A stretch of DNA of 64,000 bases, taken from an uncultured bacterium (lineage in GTDB: Bacteria; Krumholzibacteriota; Krumholzibacteriia; Krumholzibacteriales; Krumholzibacteriaceae). The notes below the pieces were generated by a model. It did no database searches, was not told the origin of the DNA, and was given only the letters and a program-made list of their open reading frames with translations. Positions 40,150 to 51,053 of this stretch are shown here, in pieces. The stretch spans positions 1 through 64,000 of the forward strand of contig CAWBAN010000003.1 in the NCBI GenBank assembly GCA_963786935.1, in the 5' to 3' direction. The position numbers and the translations under genes were made by a program. Positions within the stretch are counted from its first letter, which is position 1; each line of letters starts with the position of its first letter.

Positions 40150-40727
40150 CTACCCGCCGAATTCGTACCCGAACGCGAGGTAGAAGATCGGCCCCCACGT
40201 GACGTCGGCGTCTTCGTTTCCGCCGGACGGCTGGGTGATGAAGCCGAGCTCGCCGACGAGGGCATTCTTGCCGCCCTTGAGCGGTTTCGCGATTTCGAAG
40301 ATGCCGCCGACATCGAGGCCGGTCACGTTGTCGTCGTACGCGTCGCTGCTCGTCATCTGGTATCCTATCGCAAGGCCGGGACGAAGCTGCAGTCCGTTCT
40401 GCAGGGTGAAGCGTCCCTTTATGGTCGCCCCCAGCGTGGTGACCGTGCGTGCCGTAATCGTATCCTTCCACGGTGACGGAGGGCCCAGCCAGCATCAGAA
40501 ACGCGCCGAGCGAAAGCTTCGGAGCCACATACCCGTCGAAATACGCGTTGAACAGATAGCCCGTGCCCGTATCGAAATCCCACCCCGGAGGACTGACCGT
40601 CACCGCCCCGGGCAGCATGAGACCGCCCTTGAGGGTGAAATTCCACGACTGTTCCTGGGCGCTCACCGCGGACATCGACGAGGCGACGAGAATCAAGCAC
40701 AACAGGAGCGACGCGCATCGGCTTCAT
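40150..40727 (-). CDS. Small outer-membrane beta-barrel protein, about two frameshifts
   Basis: RBS aaggagg and ATG 40727; alternating beta strands split over three track ORFs; ends FYLAFGYEFGG. Confidence 0.6.
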
Positions 40728-40837
40728 GCCGACCTCCTTGCGAAAAGAACCCGAACGGTAAGGACCGACAATAGGCGGAGCCTATCGAAACGCCGGAATC
40801 GTGTCAACCATCCGTTCGCCGTCTCGCGCGCCCGGCA

Positions 40838-43800
40838 TCACCGGCTCTTGTTCGGGTACGGCGGAGGCGGCGGCACGGCCGGCGGATTCGCCTTCAGAAG
40901 CCCGAGCACGACCTCGATCGCCTTGTCGAGCTGTTGATCCTCCCCGGCGAATTCGCGAACGGGATCGTTGTCGACGTAGATGTCCGGCTCGACCCCTTTC
41001 CCCTCCATGATCCATTCCTTCCCCTCGGCGTCGTACCGCGAAAACTCCGGCTTGTTGAGATAGCCGCCGTCGAGGAGCGGGAGGCTCCCGCGGATCCCGA
41101 CGACGCCGCCCCACGAGCGCTTGCCGATGACCGGGCCGATCCCGTATTTCTTGAACCGGTAGGCGACGATGTCGCCGTCCGAGGCGGAGAACTCGTCGAG
41201 CAGCATCACCTTCGGGCCGACGATCGTGCCGTCGGGATCGGGGGCGTACGACGTGTTCCGCGCGATGTCGATCATCGCCACCTCGCGCCTGAGGCGCTCG
41301 ATGATCTGGGAGGAAACGTTCCCGCCGCCGTTCCCGCGCACGTCGACGATGAGCGCGTCCTTGCGGATCTGGGGATAGTAGTACTTCACGAACTGATTGA
41401 GCCCGTCCGCGCCCATGTCGGGGATGTGCACGTATCCCACGCGGCCGCCGGCGGCCTTGTCGACCTTCTCGAGATTCCGCTGGACCCAGTTGAAATAATA
41501 CAGCTCGCGCTCGTCGGCGATCGGCACGACGACGACCGTCCGCGCGCCCGATTCCTTCGGCGCCGCGTTGACCGAGAGCGTGACCTGTTTGCCCGCGGTG
41601 TTCCAGAGCGCTTCGGAGATGTCCCGCATTCCCGCGGTGGAGACTCCGTTGACGGCGACGATGTACTCGCCCTGCTTGACGTCGACGCCGATCTCCGTGA
41701 GCGGTGAGCGGAGGCTCGCGTCCCAGTTCTGCCCCTTGAGGATCTCGTCGATCCGGTAGCACTTCGTCGAGGCGTCGCGAGAGAGCTTCGCGCCGAGGAG
41801 GCCCTGCTGCACCCGGTCGGCCTTCGGGTAGTCTCCGCCGCCGACGTAGGCGTGGCCGATGTTGAGCTCGCCGATCATCTCGCCGATGAGGTACGTGAGG
41901 TCGGCCCGGTGATTCACGAAGGGGAGGAGCGCCCCGTAGCGCGTCCGCATGAGCTTCCAGTCGACGCCGTGGAGCGACGGATCGTAGACGAAGTCGCGCA
42001 TCTGGCGCCAGCATTCGTTGAATATCTGCTTCCATTCGGCCGTGCGGTCGAGGATCACGCGCATGTCGGAGACGTTGAGCTTCTCGCTCGTATCGATCTT
42101 TCCCGTGGGGAGATCGATGATCGAATAGGAGCCTCCCTGCTCGACGAGCATCTTCTTGCCGTCCGCGGAAATCTCGTATCCGTTCACCTCGCCGAGCTCG
42201 GTCTCCTTCTGCTTCTCGAGATCGTAGAGGAGGAGCAGCGTCTTCGGATCGCGCCTTCCGCCTCTGATGTAATAGACGTTGTCGCCGACGCACGAGACGC
42301 TGCGATAGGTCGAGGCCGCCGTCGGGATGACGGCGATGCGGCTCTGAATGCCGTCGGCGTCGACCGTGATCGGCTTCTGCTCTTTCTGGTCCTCTTTCTT
42401 CTCTTCCTTCGCTTTCGCATCCTTGCCTTTCGCCTCGTTGTCGGGCGCGCCGCCCGCGCTCACCTCGTCGCTCTTGGGGGCGAAGGGGGAGGGAACCGAT
42501 TTCGACAGGGTCACGAGGTAGATGCGCGCCATGTCGAGGTAGATGTGGTTCCACTCGGTCTGCCCGTACAGCGGGCTGAAGCTGCGGTCCGAAACGAAGA
42601 AAAGATACTTCCCGTCGGGGCTGAAAGCGGGGCCGAAGGAGGTGAACCACCCGTCCGTCACCTCGATCGTCTTCTTCGAATCGAGGGAGTAGAGCTGGAT
42701 CGTCGTCATGCGCCGGTCTTCCGGTTTCGCGTACGCGATCCACCGGCTGTCGGGCGACCACGCGTAATCCCGCATTTCGAACGCGGCCGCCTCGGCGACG
42801 ACGGTCACGCTCTTCGAACCGACGTCGACGTACTGGAGGCGCTGCTTCCGGTCGGACCACAGGAGCTTCTTGCTGTCCGGCGACCAGAGCGGCTGGTATT
42901 TGTAATTGTCCCCGCCGCTCGTGAGACGGATGGATTCGCCGCGTCCGTCCTGCGGCACGAGCCAGAGCTCATCTTCCCCCGAGGCATCCGAGACGCACGC
43001 GATCCATTTCCCGTCGGGGGACCACTTCGAGTTGCGCTCGTGCACGCCGGGAGTCTTCGTCAGGTTCCTCGTGTTGCCGTGCTTCGCCGGCACGGTGAAG
43101 ACGTCGCCGCGCGCGCCGAAGAGGGCGCGGCTCCCGTCGGGGGCGATTTCGAAGTTCGTGATCTCCCCGGAAACGTCGCGGAGCCCGCCCCGGCCGATCG
43201 CGAAATCTTCCCGGATCGTGATCGGCACCCGGCGGACCTTCTCGGTCGCGAGGTCGAGGACGTGGAGGTACCCGCCGTTCTCGAAGACGATCGCGTTATC
43301 CCCGATCGACGGGAACTTCACGTCGTACTCGGTGAAGTCCGTGAGCTTGCGGGTCTGCTTCGTCGCGATATCGAGCGCGTAGAGATTTATCCGCCCCGAT
43401 TCCTCGCGATCGGAGGCGAAATAGACGGTGCCGCCGCGAAGCATCGGGATGATATCCTGCGCGGGATTGTTCGTGAGGTTCGTCGTCGTCTTGGCGGCGA
43501 AATCGTACAGCCAGACGTCGTCGGCCTGGCCGCCGCGGTAGCGCTTCCACGTGCGGAACTCGCGGAACACGCGGTTGTAGACCATCGTTTTGCCGTCGGC
43601 CGAGAACGAGCAGAATCCTCCGCGCGGGAGCGGGAGCTGCTCGGAATCGCCTCCCTCGCGCGGGATGGCGAACAGCATTCCCTTGAAATCGTTCGCCTCG
43701 TGCATGCGTGAGCGGTAGACGATCGTGTTGCCGTCCCGCCACGCCATGACGATGTTGTTCGGGCCCATCCGGTCGGAGACGTCGTCGCGCCCGAGCGTGG

Positions 43801-44119
43801 CCGTGAAGGTGAGACGCTTCGGCGTGCCGCCGTCGGCCGGCATGAGGTAGACCTCGGTGTTTCCGTCGTACTGGCCGGTGAAGGCGATTTCCTTGCCGTC
43901 GGGCGAAAAACGCGCGAACAGCTCGTAGCCCTCGTCGCTCGTCAAACGGCGCGCGACCCCGCCCGACGCGGAGACGGAGTAGAGGTCTCCCGCGTAGCTG
44001 AAGACGATGTTGTCGCCGTGAATCGCCGGGAAGCGGAGCAGCCCGGTTTCCTCCGCGCGCGGCGCGGTGACGGCGACGAAGAGCAACCCCACGAGAATCA
44101 AGGCGCGAAAACGCATCAT
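40838..44119 (-). CDS. Tricorn protease homolog (S41) with signal peptide
   Basis: LRFPAIHGD.IVF.YAGDL, WKRYRGG, propeller repeats, GELNIGH, PDZ, GYVHIPDM, DVRGNGGG, SASDGD, GKRSWGGV. Confidence 0.95.
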   Translation of the reverse strand: MMRFRALILVGLLFVAVTAPRAEETGLLRFPAIHGDNIVFSYAGDLYSVSASGGVARRLTSDEGYELFARFSPDGKEIAFTGQYDGNTEVYLMPADGGTPKRLTFTATLGRDDVSDRMGPNNIVMAWRDGNTIVYRSRMHEANDFKGMLFAIPREGGDSEQLPLPRGGFCSFSADGKTMVYNRVFREFRTWKRYRGGQADDVWLYDFAAKTTTNLTNNPAQDIIPMLRGGTVYFASDREESGRINLYALDIATKQTRKLTDFTEYDVKFPSIGDNAIVFENGGYLHVLDLATEKVRRVPITIREDFAIGRGGLRDVSGEITNFEIAPDGSRALFGARGDVFTVPAKHGNTRNLTKTPGVHERNSKWSPDGKWIACVSDASGEDELWLVPQDGRGESIRLTSGGDNYKYQPLWSPDSKKLLWSDRKQRLQYVDVGSKSVTVVAEAAAFEMRDYAWSPDSRWIAYAKPEDRRMTTIQLYSLDSKKTIEVTDGWFTSFGPAFSPDGKYLFFVSDRSFSPLYGQTEWNHIYLDMARIYLVTLSKSVPSPFAPKSDEVSAGGAPDNEAKGKDAKAKEEKKEDQKEQKPITVDADGIQSRIAVIPTAASTYRSVSCVGDNVYYIRGGRRDPKTLLLLYDLEKQKETELGEVNGYEISADGKKMLVEQGGSYSIIDLPTGKIDTSEKLNVSDMRVILDRTAEWKQIFNECWRQMRDFVYDPSLHGVDWKLMRTRYGALLPFVNHRADLTYLIGEMIGELNIGHAYVGGGDYPKADRVQQGLLGAKLSRDASTKCYRIDEILKGQNWDASLRSPLTEIGVDVKQGEYIVAVNGVSTAGMRDISEALWNTAGKQVTLSVNAAPKESGARTVVVVPIADERELYYFNWVQRNLEKVDKAAGGRVGYVHIPDMGADGLNQFVKYYYPQIRKDALIVDVRGNGGGNVSSQIIERLRREVAMIDIARNTSYAPDPDGTIVGPKVMLLDEFSASDGDIVAYRFKKYGIGPVIGKRSWGGVVGIRGSLPLLDGGYLNKPEFSRYDAEGKEWIMEGKGVEPDIYVDNDPVREFAGEDQQLDKAIEVVLGLLKANPPAVPPPPPYPNKSR

Positions 44120-44325
44120 GGCCGAGTCCCTTCTGTTGAGGCGAAAAACCTGCGGCAGGCGCACCGATTACATGCGCCGCATGGTATCGCCTTTTCGCCT
44201 CCTCGTCAAGGCCGGCCCCGCGCTTCGCGGGGGCGCGCGGGGGGCGCGCCGGCCCCGCGGGCCGATTTTTTGCGTATCGTACCCGGCTCGATTCGTATAT
44301 ACTGGCTGCTCGTTCAGGGGGGATT

Positions 44326-45531
44326 ATGGAGCGAGATCTTTCTCAACTCAAAATAGATCCGGACCGGCGCGAGCGCGCGGGCCCCGGCCGGCGCATCCTC
44401 GCGATCTCGCTGATCGCCGTCGCGCTGGTGGTCGTCGTCGTGATCGCCGTCGCCCTCTCGCGGCGCGCTCCCGCCGTAGAAACGGCCGTCGCGCGCGAAG
44501 CGGGCGGGGCGCAGGCGGCCGTCCTCAACGCGAGCGGATACGTCACGCCGCGCCGTCGGGCGACCGTGTCGGCCAAGGTCACCGGAAAGATCAGGGAAGT
44601 CTACATCGACGAGGGGATGCGCGTCGCCGCGGGGCAGGTGCTCGCGCGGCTCGACGACGTCGACGCCGTCGCGGCGCTCCGCGCGGCCGAGGCGGAGAAG
44701 GCGGTCGCCGCCGCGACCCTCGAGGAGCTGCGCGTCCGGCTCGCGAACGCCCGGCGCGCCCATGAACGGAACAAGGATCTCCGCGCGCGCGAGCTCGTGA
44801 GCCAGGAGTCGCTCGATAACGCCGAGACGGCCGTGGCGAGCTTCGAGGCGCAGATCGCGCTCGCGAACGAGCGGATCAACGCCGCGGAGCGCTCGGTCGG
44901 GATCGCCCGCCAGAACGTCGACAACTGCGTCATCCGGGCCCCGTTCGCCGGCGTCGTCGTCTCGAAAGACGCCCAGCCGGGGGAGATGGTCTCTCCGATT
45001 TCGGCGGGAGGCGGATACACCCGCACGGGGATCGCCACCGTCGTCGATATGGCGTCGCTCGAGATTGAGGTCGACGTCAATGAATCGTACATCGCGCGCG
45101 TCGCTCCCGGCCAGAGGGTGGAGGCGACGCTCGACGCGTATCCAGACTGGCGCATACCGGCGGCGGTCAGGACCGTGATTCCCACGGCCGACCGTCAGAA
45201 GGCCACCGTCAAGGTCCGCATCTCGTTCGACGAGCTCGACAGGCGCATTCTTCCGGACATGGGGGTCAAGGTGTCCTTCCTCGAGGAGCGGGCGGATTCG
45301 GCGGCCGCCGCTTCCGTGCTCGTGCCGCTCGATGCGGTGCGCGCGGAGGGGGACGCGCGCTACGCGTTCGTGGTGAAGGACGGCCGGGTCGAGCGGCGGG
45401 CGGTGGGGACGGGGCGCGAGCGCGGCGCGGACATCGAGATCGTCGCGGGGCTTCGCCGCGGCGAGACGGTCGTCGTCCGCTCCCCGGGCGAGCTCCGCGA
45501 CGGCGCGCGGGTTTCGTTGAAAGAGAAATAA
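44326..45531 (+). CDS. Periplasmic adaptor (MacA/HlyD-like)
   Basis: ASGYV, VSAKVTGKI, GQVLARLD, IRAPFAGVV, EVDVNES, PDMGVKV. Confidence 0.92.
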   Translation: MERDLSQLKIDPDRRERAGPGRRILAISLIAVALVVVVVIAVALSRRAPAVETAVAREAGGAQAAVLNASGYVTPRRRATVSAKVTGKIREVYIDEGMRVAAGQVLARLDDVDAVAALRAAEAEKAVAAATLEELRVRLANARRAHERNKDLRARELVSQESLDNAETAVASFEAQIALANERINAAERSVGIARQNVDNCVIRAPFAGVVVSKDAQPGEMVSPISAGGGYTRTGIATVVDMASLEIEVDVNESYIARVAPGQRVEATLDAYPDWRIPAAVRTVIPTADRQKATVKVRISFDELDRRILPDMGVKVSFLEERADSAAAASVLVPLDAVRAEGDARYAFVVKDGRVERRAVGTGRERGADIEIVAGLRRGETVVVRSPGELRDGARVSLKEK

Positions 45532-45549
45532 TCGACCAAAGGAGTTCGC

Positions 45550-46296
45550 ATGGTTCGCGTGGACGGCAAAGGGAGCGGAGCCCTCGTCGAGATCAGAAAC
45601 CTCGACAAGAAATATCATCGCGGCGGCGAGGAGATCGACGTGCTCCGGGGCCTCAATCTCGACGTCGACACGGGCGAGTTCATCGCGTTCATGGGCCCGT
45701 CCGGCTCGGGGAAGACGACGCTCCTCAACCTCATCGGCGGGCTCGACACGCCGACGAGCGGCGCCGTGCGCATCGGCGGGGAGGAGATCAGCAGGCTTTC
45801 GGGGCGGAAGCTCGCCGCGTGGCGCGCGCGCCACATCGGCTTCATCTTCCAGATGTACAACCTCATCCCCGTGCTCACGGCGTTCCAGAACGTGCAGCTG
45901 CCGCTTTTGCTGACGAATCTCTCCAAGGCCGAGCGCCGGAAGCACGTCGAGGCGGCGCTCGATCTCGTCGGCCTCGCGGACCGCGTGCACCACTATCCCC
46001 GGCAGCTCTCGGGCGGGCAGGAGCAGCGGGTCGCGATCGCCCGCGCGATCGTCGCCGATCCGACGATCCTCCTCTGCGACGAGCCGACGGGCGATCTGGA
46101 CCGCGCCGCCGGCGACGAGATTCTCGACATCATCAGCCGCCTCTCGAAGGAATATAATAAGACGATCTTTCTCGTGACGCACGATCCGGTCGCGGCGAAA
46201 CGGGCCGGCACGCTCCTCCACCTCGACAAGGGAACGCTTCTCGAATGCACGGCCGACGGAACGTTCGCGTGCAAGCCGGAGGAGAGCGGGAAATGA
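45550..46296 (+). CDS. ABC ATP-binding protein (MacB/LolD-like)
   Basis: GPSGSGKTT, GFIFQMYNL, LSGGQEQRVAIARA, DEPTGDLD, VTHD. Confidence 0.95.
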   Translation: MVRVDGKGSGALVEIRNLDKKYHRGGEEIDVLRGLNLDVDTGEFIAFMGPSGSGKTTLLNLIGGLDTPTSGAVRIGGEEISRLSGRKLAAWRARHIGFIFQMYNLIPVLTAFQNVQLPLLLTNLSKAERRKHVEAALDLVGLADRVHHYPRQLSGGQEQRVAIARAIVADPTILLCDEPTGDLDRAAGDEILDIISRLSKEYNKTIFLVTHDPVAAKRAGTLLHLDKGTLLECTADGTFACKPEESGK

Positions 46297-47432
46297 AGTT
46301 CCTCCATCTCGTCTTCCTCAATCTCCGCCGCAAGAAGACGCGGACGGCGCTCACGCTCGGTTCCTTCCTCGTCGCCCTCTTTCTCTTCGGCCTTCTCATG
46401 ACGATCAAGACGGCGCTCGGTTCGGGCGTCAGCGTCGCGGGGGCGAACCGGCTCGTCGTGCGGAACCGGGTATCCCTCATCCAGCCGCTGCCGCTCTCCT
46501 ACCGCGAACAGATGCTCCGCATGCCGCACATCAAGGAGGCGACGTTCGCGACGTGGTTCGGCGGGTACTATCAGGATATGAAAAACTTCTTCCCGAACTA
46601 CGCGATCGACGTCGGGACCTATCTCGACGTTTATCCCGAATACAAGATCGACGAGGAGGATTGGCGCGCCTTCGCGGCCGACCGCGAGGGATGCGTCATC
46701 AGCCCGCCGCTCGCGAAGAAGTTCGGCTGGAAGGTCGGGGACCGCATCCCGCTCGAGGCGTCGATCTGGGGAGGGACCTGGGAGTTCAACGTCCGCGCCA
46801 TCTACGACAGCGACGTCAAGGAGTTCATCACCCCCGAGATGTGGCTGCATTGGGACTATCTCGACGAGCGGCGCGAGTTCTTCAAGGGCTTCGTCGGCTG
46901 GTACATCCTGACGATCGACGATCCGGCGAACGCCGTCGGGGTGGCGGCGGCGATCGACGAGCGCTTCGCGAATTCGCCGTTCGAATCGAAGACCGAAACG
47001 GAGAAGGCGTTCGCCGCCGGATTCGCGAACCAGATCGGCAACATCCGGCTCCTCATCCTTTCGATCGGATCGGTCGTGTTCTTCACGCTTCTGCTCGTCA
47101 CCGGCAACACGATGGCGAGCGCCGTGCGGGAGCGCACGGGGGAGCTCGGCGTCCTCAAGACGATCGGCATGAGCGATCCGACGGTGCTCTTTCTCGTGAT
47201 GGCCGAATCGATCGTCGTCGCGGCGGTCGGGGGAGGGGCGGGGCTCGCGCTCGCGAAACTCTACACGCTCGGGGGCGATCCGACGGGGGGCATGCTCCCG
47301 AACTTCTTCCTCGCCGGCCGCTCGATCGCGCTCGGGTTCGCGATCGCCCTCGCGGCGGGGGCCGCGGCCGGGATCCTTCCCGCCGTCGGCGCTATGCGGC
47401 TCAAGATCGTCGACGCCCTGAGGAGGGTGTGA
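46293..47432 (+). CDS. ABC permease (MacB/FtsX-like) 1
   Basis: NLRRKKTRTALT, RERTGELGVLKTIG, 1+3 TM layout. Confidence 0.92.
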   Translation: MKFLHLVFLNLRRKKTRTALTLGSFLVALFLFGLLMTIKTALGSGVSVAGANRLVVRNRVSLIQPLPLSYREQMLRMPHIKEATFATWFGGYYQDMKNFFPNYAIDVGTYLDVYPEYKIDEEDWRAFAADREGCVISPPLAKKFGWKVGDRIPLEASIWGGTWEFNVRAIYDSDVKEFITPEMWLHWDYLDERREFFKGFVGWYILTIDDPANAVGVAAAIDERFANSPFESKTETEKAFAAGFANQIGNIRLLILSIGSVVFFTLLLVTGNTMASAVRERTGELGVLKTIGMSDPTVLFLVMAESIVVAAVGGGAGLALAKLYTLGGDPTGGMLPNFFLAGRSIALGFAIALAAGAAAGILPAVGAMRLKIVDALRRV

Positions 47433-47434
47433 GA

Positions 47435-48607
47435 ATGGCGATTCCGATCGCGTACAACGTCCGGAGCGTCTTCATCCGCTGGCCGTCGACGCTCGTCGCC
47501 GTGCTCGGCATCGCGGGGACCGTCGCCGTGTTCGTCGTGATGCTCGCGATGGCCCAGGGATTCCAGGCGATGCTCGTCGGAGGCGGATCGCGGGACAACG
47601 CCATCGCGCTCCGCGGCGGCGCGGACAGCGAGATGATGAGCGCCATCACCCTCGACCAGGTGCGCGTTCTCGCCGACGCCCCCGGCGTCGCGCGTTCCGC
47701 CTCGGGCGAGCCGCTTGTGAGCGCGGAGGTCGTGGTCGTCGGCGCGTTCCCGCTGCTGGCGACCGGCTCGGACGCCAACGCGCAGATTCGAGGCCTTTCG
47801 CCCGTCGTCCTCGAGGTGCGGCCGAACGTCCGCGTCGTCGAAGGGCGCTTCTTCGAACCGGGGCTCACCGAGCTCGTCATCGGGCGGAACGTGCCGGGCA
47901 CGTACCGGGGATTCACGCTCGGCTCAACGGTCGATTTCGGCGGGGGGCGCTGGACCGTCGTCGGCGTTTTCGACGCCGGCGGGAGCTCGTACGACTCGGA
48001 AATCTGGTGCGACGCGGTCGTGCTCAACCAGGTGTTCAAGCGGCCCGAGAACATCTTCCAGTCGGTGACGGCGCGCCTGCAGTCGGTCGAGAGCTTCCGG
48101 GCCTTCAAGGACGCGGCGACGTCCGATCCGCGTCTCACGGTGGACGTCTTCCGCGAAACGGCGTTCTACGCGGAGCAGTCACGGATGGTCTCGACGATCA
48201 TCAGGGTGCTCGGCTTCATCGTCGCGATGGTGATGGCGGTCGGGGCGATCTTCGCGGCGCTCAATACCATGTACTCCGCGGTCGCGTCGCGCTCGGCGGA
48301 GATCGCCACGCTCAAGGCCCTCGGTTTCAGCCCCGCGAGCGTCGTCGTTTCCTTCGTCGCCGAATCGGTCGTCATCGCGCTCGCCGGCGGCGCCGTGGGC
48401 GTGCTCGCCGCGCTTCCGTTCAACGGCTTCACGACCGGCACGATGAACTGGTCGAGCTTCTCCTATCTCGCCTTCTCATTCCGCGTGACCCCGGCGCTCG
48501 TCGCGAGCGGGCTCGTGTTCGCCCTCGTCATGGGGATCGTGGGAGGGCTTCCGCCCGCGGTGCGCGCGGCGCGTCTTCCCATCATCGTGGCGCTCCGGGA
48601 GCTCTGA
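47435..48607 (+). CDS. ABC permease (MacB/FtsX-like) 2
   Basis: MAIPIAYNVRS, NTMYSAVASRSAEIATLKALGF, PAVRAARL. Confidence 0.92.
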   Translation: MAIPIAYNVRSVFIRWPSTLVAVLGIAGTVAVFVVMLAMAQGFQAMLVGGGSRDNAIALRGGADSEMMSAITLDQVRVLADAPGVARSASGEPLVSAEVVVVGAFPLLATGSDANAQIRGLSPVVLEVRPNVRVVEGRFFEPGLTELVIGRNVPGTYRGFTLGSTVDFGGGRWTVVGVFDAGGSSYDSEIWCDAVVLNQVFKRPENIFQSVTARLQSVESFRAFKDAATSDPRLTVDVFRETAFYAEQSRMVSTIIRVLGFIVAMVMAVGAIFAALNTMYSAVASRSAEIATLKALGFSPASVVVSFVAESVVIALAGGAVGVLAALPFNGFTTGTMNWSSFSYLAFSFRVTPALVASGLVFALVMGIVGGLPPAVRAARLPIIVALREL

Positions 48608-48609
48608 GA

Positions 48610-50814
48610 TCAGAAGTAAAAGAGGTACTTCAGCTTGAGCACGGCGGCCCGCTCCGCGAGATGGAGCGTGTTGGGCAGGAGCGTTCCGCCCGGGCCGAAT
48701 TCGTCGCTCCGGTCGCGAACCTCGTTCACCGCGAAGTAGATCCAGCTCTTCGGCCTGAAGTTGTAGGAGAAGAGGAGCCCCCCGATCAGCTGCTGCACGT
48801 CGCCGGTCGAGCGCACGTACACGTTGTCGAGATACGCGCGCACGTTCAGGTTGTTCACGGGGGTCAGCGACACGTAGGGACGCGAGTTGAACGTGACGTC
48901 TTCGATCCGGTCGTCGGGATTCCACTCGACAAACGCGCCGACCGAGGTGCCGATCTCGAGCTCGTCGAGCATCCGCCATTCGATCTCCCCTTCGGTCCAC
49001 GAGAAATAGGCGAGGTAGTCGCGCGCGAAGTTATACGTTCGCGCGAAGGCGCCGGAGAGCGACGCGTCCCATTTCGGGGAGACGTTGAACCAGGTCGAGA
49101 GGTCCGCTTCCCAGGCGTCGTACTCCACGCCCGCGTCCTTGCTGCGGCCGCCCGAAACGCTCAGCTCGTAGCCCCAGTTGCCGCGGAACTGCATGTTGAC
49201 GCCGATCGTGCCGTTGAGATCGACGAAGTCGTCGACCTTCTCCCAGTAGGTCATCCCGCCCGTGTAGATCAGAATGTCGCGCACGGCGCCCTGCTCGAAA
49301 TACCACCGCGGCCCGCCGATCGCGGTGAATTCCGCCGTGCCCCGCCACGGGACGTAGCCTACTTGACTGACGTCGAAATCCTCCCCGATGTACTTGTCCC
49401 GCACGGCGAGCAGCCATTTCTGCCTGATGATCTTGAGGCTCGAGGAATGGGCGAAGTCGCCGCTCGATCCCCGGTACGAGCGGGCGAACTGATACGAGAG
49501 CTGCCAGTCCGCGCCGCGAAACGCCCCGTCGAGGTCGACGACGCCGGTGTTTTCGTGCTCGTCGAATTTCCCGACGTAGAGGAGCCCTGCGGACGAGTTT
49601 TCGAAGACCTGCCGCTTCAGCCGCGCCGAGCCGAAAAGGGCCGCGGCCTCCGTGAGATTCCGTCCGTCGACGACATAGTCCGTCTCGTCCGTCGCCGCGA
49701 CGAATCCGCCGTATTCGTACTCGCCGAGGCGGCCGAAGGCCCTCGTGCCGAGGAGGAGGGGCACCTCTTGGCCGTCGGGCAGCTTCTTCCCGATTCTCCG
49801 CGAATAGAAGAGCTCGAGCGGCTGATAGAATCCCGAGCCCTGCTCCTCGCCCGACGGCGTGAACACCTCGCTCCCCTCGGTGAAGAAGGGCCGGCGCTCC
49901 TCGAAGCGCGACTCGTAGCGGCTGATGTTGAAATCGAACGGATCGGCCTCGATCTGCGCGAAGTCGGGATTCGCGGTCAACTGGAAGGTGAGCCGCTGCG
50001 ACGGATTGTAAAAGACGTCGACGCCGGCGTGCGGGGAGAGATCGTATTCCGAATCCTCCGAATCGCCGGTGTATTCGGCCTTCGCGATGCCGACGGGATA
50101 GATCTCGAGATTGAGCCCTTTGACGGACGGATAGAAATCGCCGAACGCGAGCCGCCCGAATTTCGAGATCCGCTGCCCCTCGTTTTCCTCGTACGCGTTC
50201 CAGTAGATATCCTCGTTGCGCGCGGGATTCCACCGGTCGAAATCGAGCCCCCACGACGCGAGCCCGTCGTGATACTGGATCGACCGGTAGGGGATCTCCA
50301 TCTCCACGACGAATCCCCAGTCGTAGATCCGCGCCGCGGAGAACCAGACGCCGTCCCACGCGTAGTCCCGGTTCCGCGCGTCGTCGAGCAGGCGGCAGTC
50401 GGCGCGCACGCCGGACGCGGTGACGGCGAATTTGTACGCGGTGCGCTTGTCGTCGAAGGTGTCGATCATGAGGGAGACGATATCGCCCCCCATCTGATCG
50501 AGCATTCCCTTCGTGCGCTGGATGTTCTTCCGCTCGTCATAGCAGAGCATGATGCAGTAGAGCGCCCGGTCGGTCGAGAGGAGCTTCGCCACGGTCCTGA
50601 CCGAGGGATCTTTACCGTGATACGGCTCGAACTGCACGAAATCGGCAGCCGAGTCGGCCCGGCCCCAGGCGTCGTCGATCGCGCCGTCCACGACGACGGG
50701 GGATTCGACCTTCACGAGCGCGAGCGTCTTCCCGGCCTGGGCGAAAACGATCGAGGGGGCGGCGCAGAGTATGCAGATAGCCGACGCGAGGAGCAGGTGC
50801 TTCCGTATTCTCAT
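48610..50814 (-). CDS. CBM9-like plus DUF5916-type outer-membrane protein
   Basis: VVDGAIDDAW, DTFDDKR.AYKF, WDGVWFSA, EMEIPY, NPDFAQIEAD, ERRPFF.EG, FYSRRIG, terminal KYLFYF. Confidence 0.85.
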   Translation of the reverse strand: MRIRKHLLLASAICILCAAPSIVFAQAGKTLALVKVESPVVVDGAIDDAWGRADSAADFVQFEPYHGKDPSVRTVAKLLSTDRALYCIMLCYDERKNIQRTKGMLDQMGGDIVSLMIDTFDDKRTAYKFAVTASGVRADCRLLDDARNRDYAWDGVWFSAARIYDWGFVVEMEIPYRSIQYHDGLASWGLDFDRWNPARNEDIYWNAYEENEGQRISKFGRLAFGDFYPSVKGLNLEIYPVGIAKAEYTGDSEDSEYDLSPHAGVDVFYNPSQRLTFQLTANPDFAQIEADPFDFNISRYESRFEERRPFFTEGSEVFTPSGEEQGSGFYQPLELFYSRRIGKKLPDGQEVPLLLGTRAFGRLGEYEYGGFVAATDETDYVVDGRNLTEAAALFGSARLKRQVFENSSAGLLYVGKFDEHENTGVVDLDGAFRGADWQLSYQFARSYRGSSGDFAHSSSLKIIRQKWLLAVRDKYIGEDFDVSQVGYVPWRGTAEFTAIGGPRWYFEQGAVRDILIYTGGMTYWEKVDDFVDLNGTIGVNMQFRGNWGYELSVSGGRSKDAGVEYDAWEADLSTWFNVSPKWDASLSGAFARTYNFARDYLAYFSWTEGEIEWRMLDELEIGTSVGAFVEWNPDDRIEDVTFNSRPYVSLTPVNNLNVRAYLDNVYVRSTGDVQQLIGGLLFSYNFRPKSWIYFAVNEVRDRSDEFGPGGTLLPNTLHLAERAAVLKLKYLFYF

Positions 50815-50974
50815 GCGTTCTCTCCAGAGCCTTTCCGGCGACGGTAATACAAAAAGGGCCCGTGCGGGCTCCGCATATATTACGTCAAGGGCGCTTATAA
50901 GTTCCACGGCAAACAATGAGACCGTTGTTGCGCTTTTCGCGGCAATTCGTATTATTCGGGGACGCCCCGGACGC

Positions 50975-51018
50975 CGCGGGGCCTGGACCGGGGAGTCGCG
51001 GGGCCTGGATCGGGAAAT
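50975..51018 (+). repeat. Tandem 22-nt imperfect direct repeat in the GDT1 leader
   Basis: cgcggggcctggaccggggagt / cgcggggcctggatcgggaaat. Confidence 0.7.
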
Positions 51019-51053
51019 TTCGGGGCCGCGCCCGGGAGCGTGAGAGGAGATCG

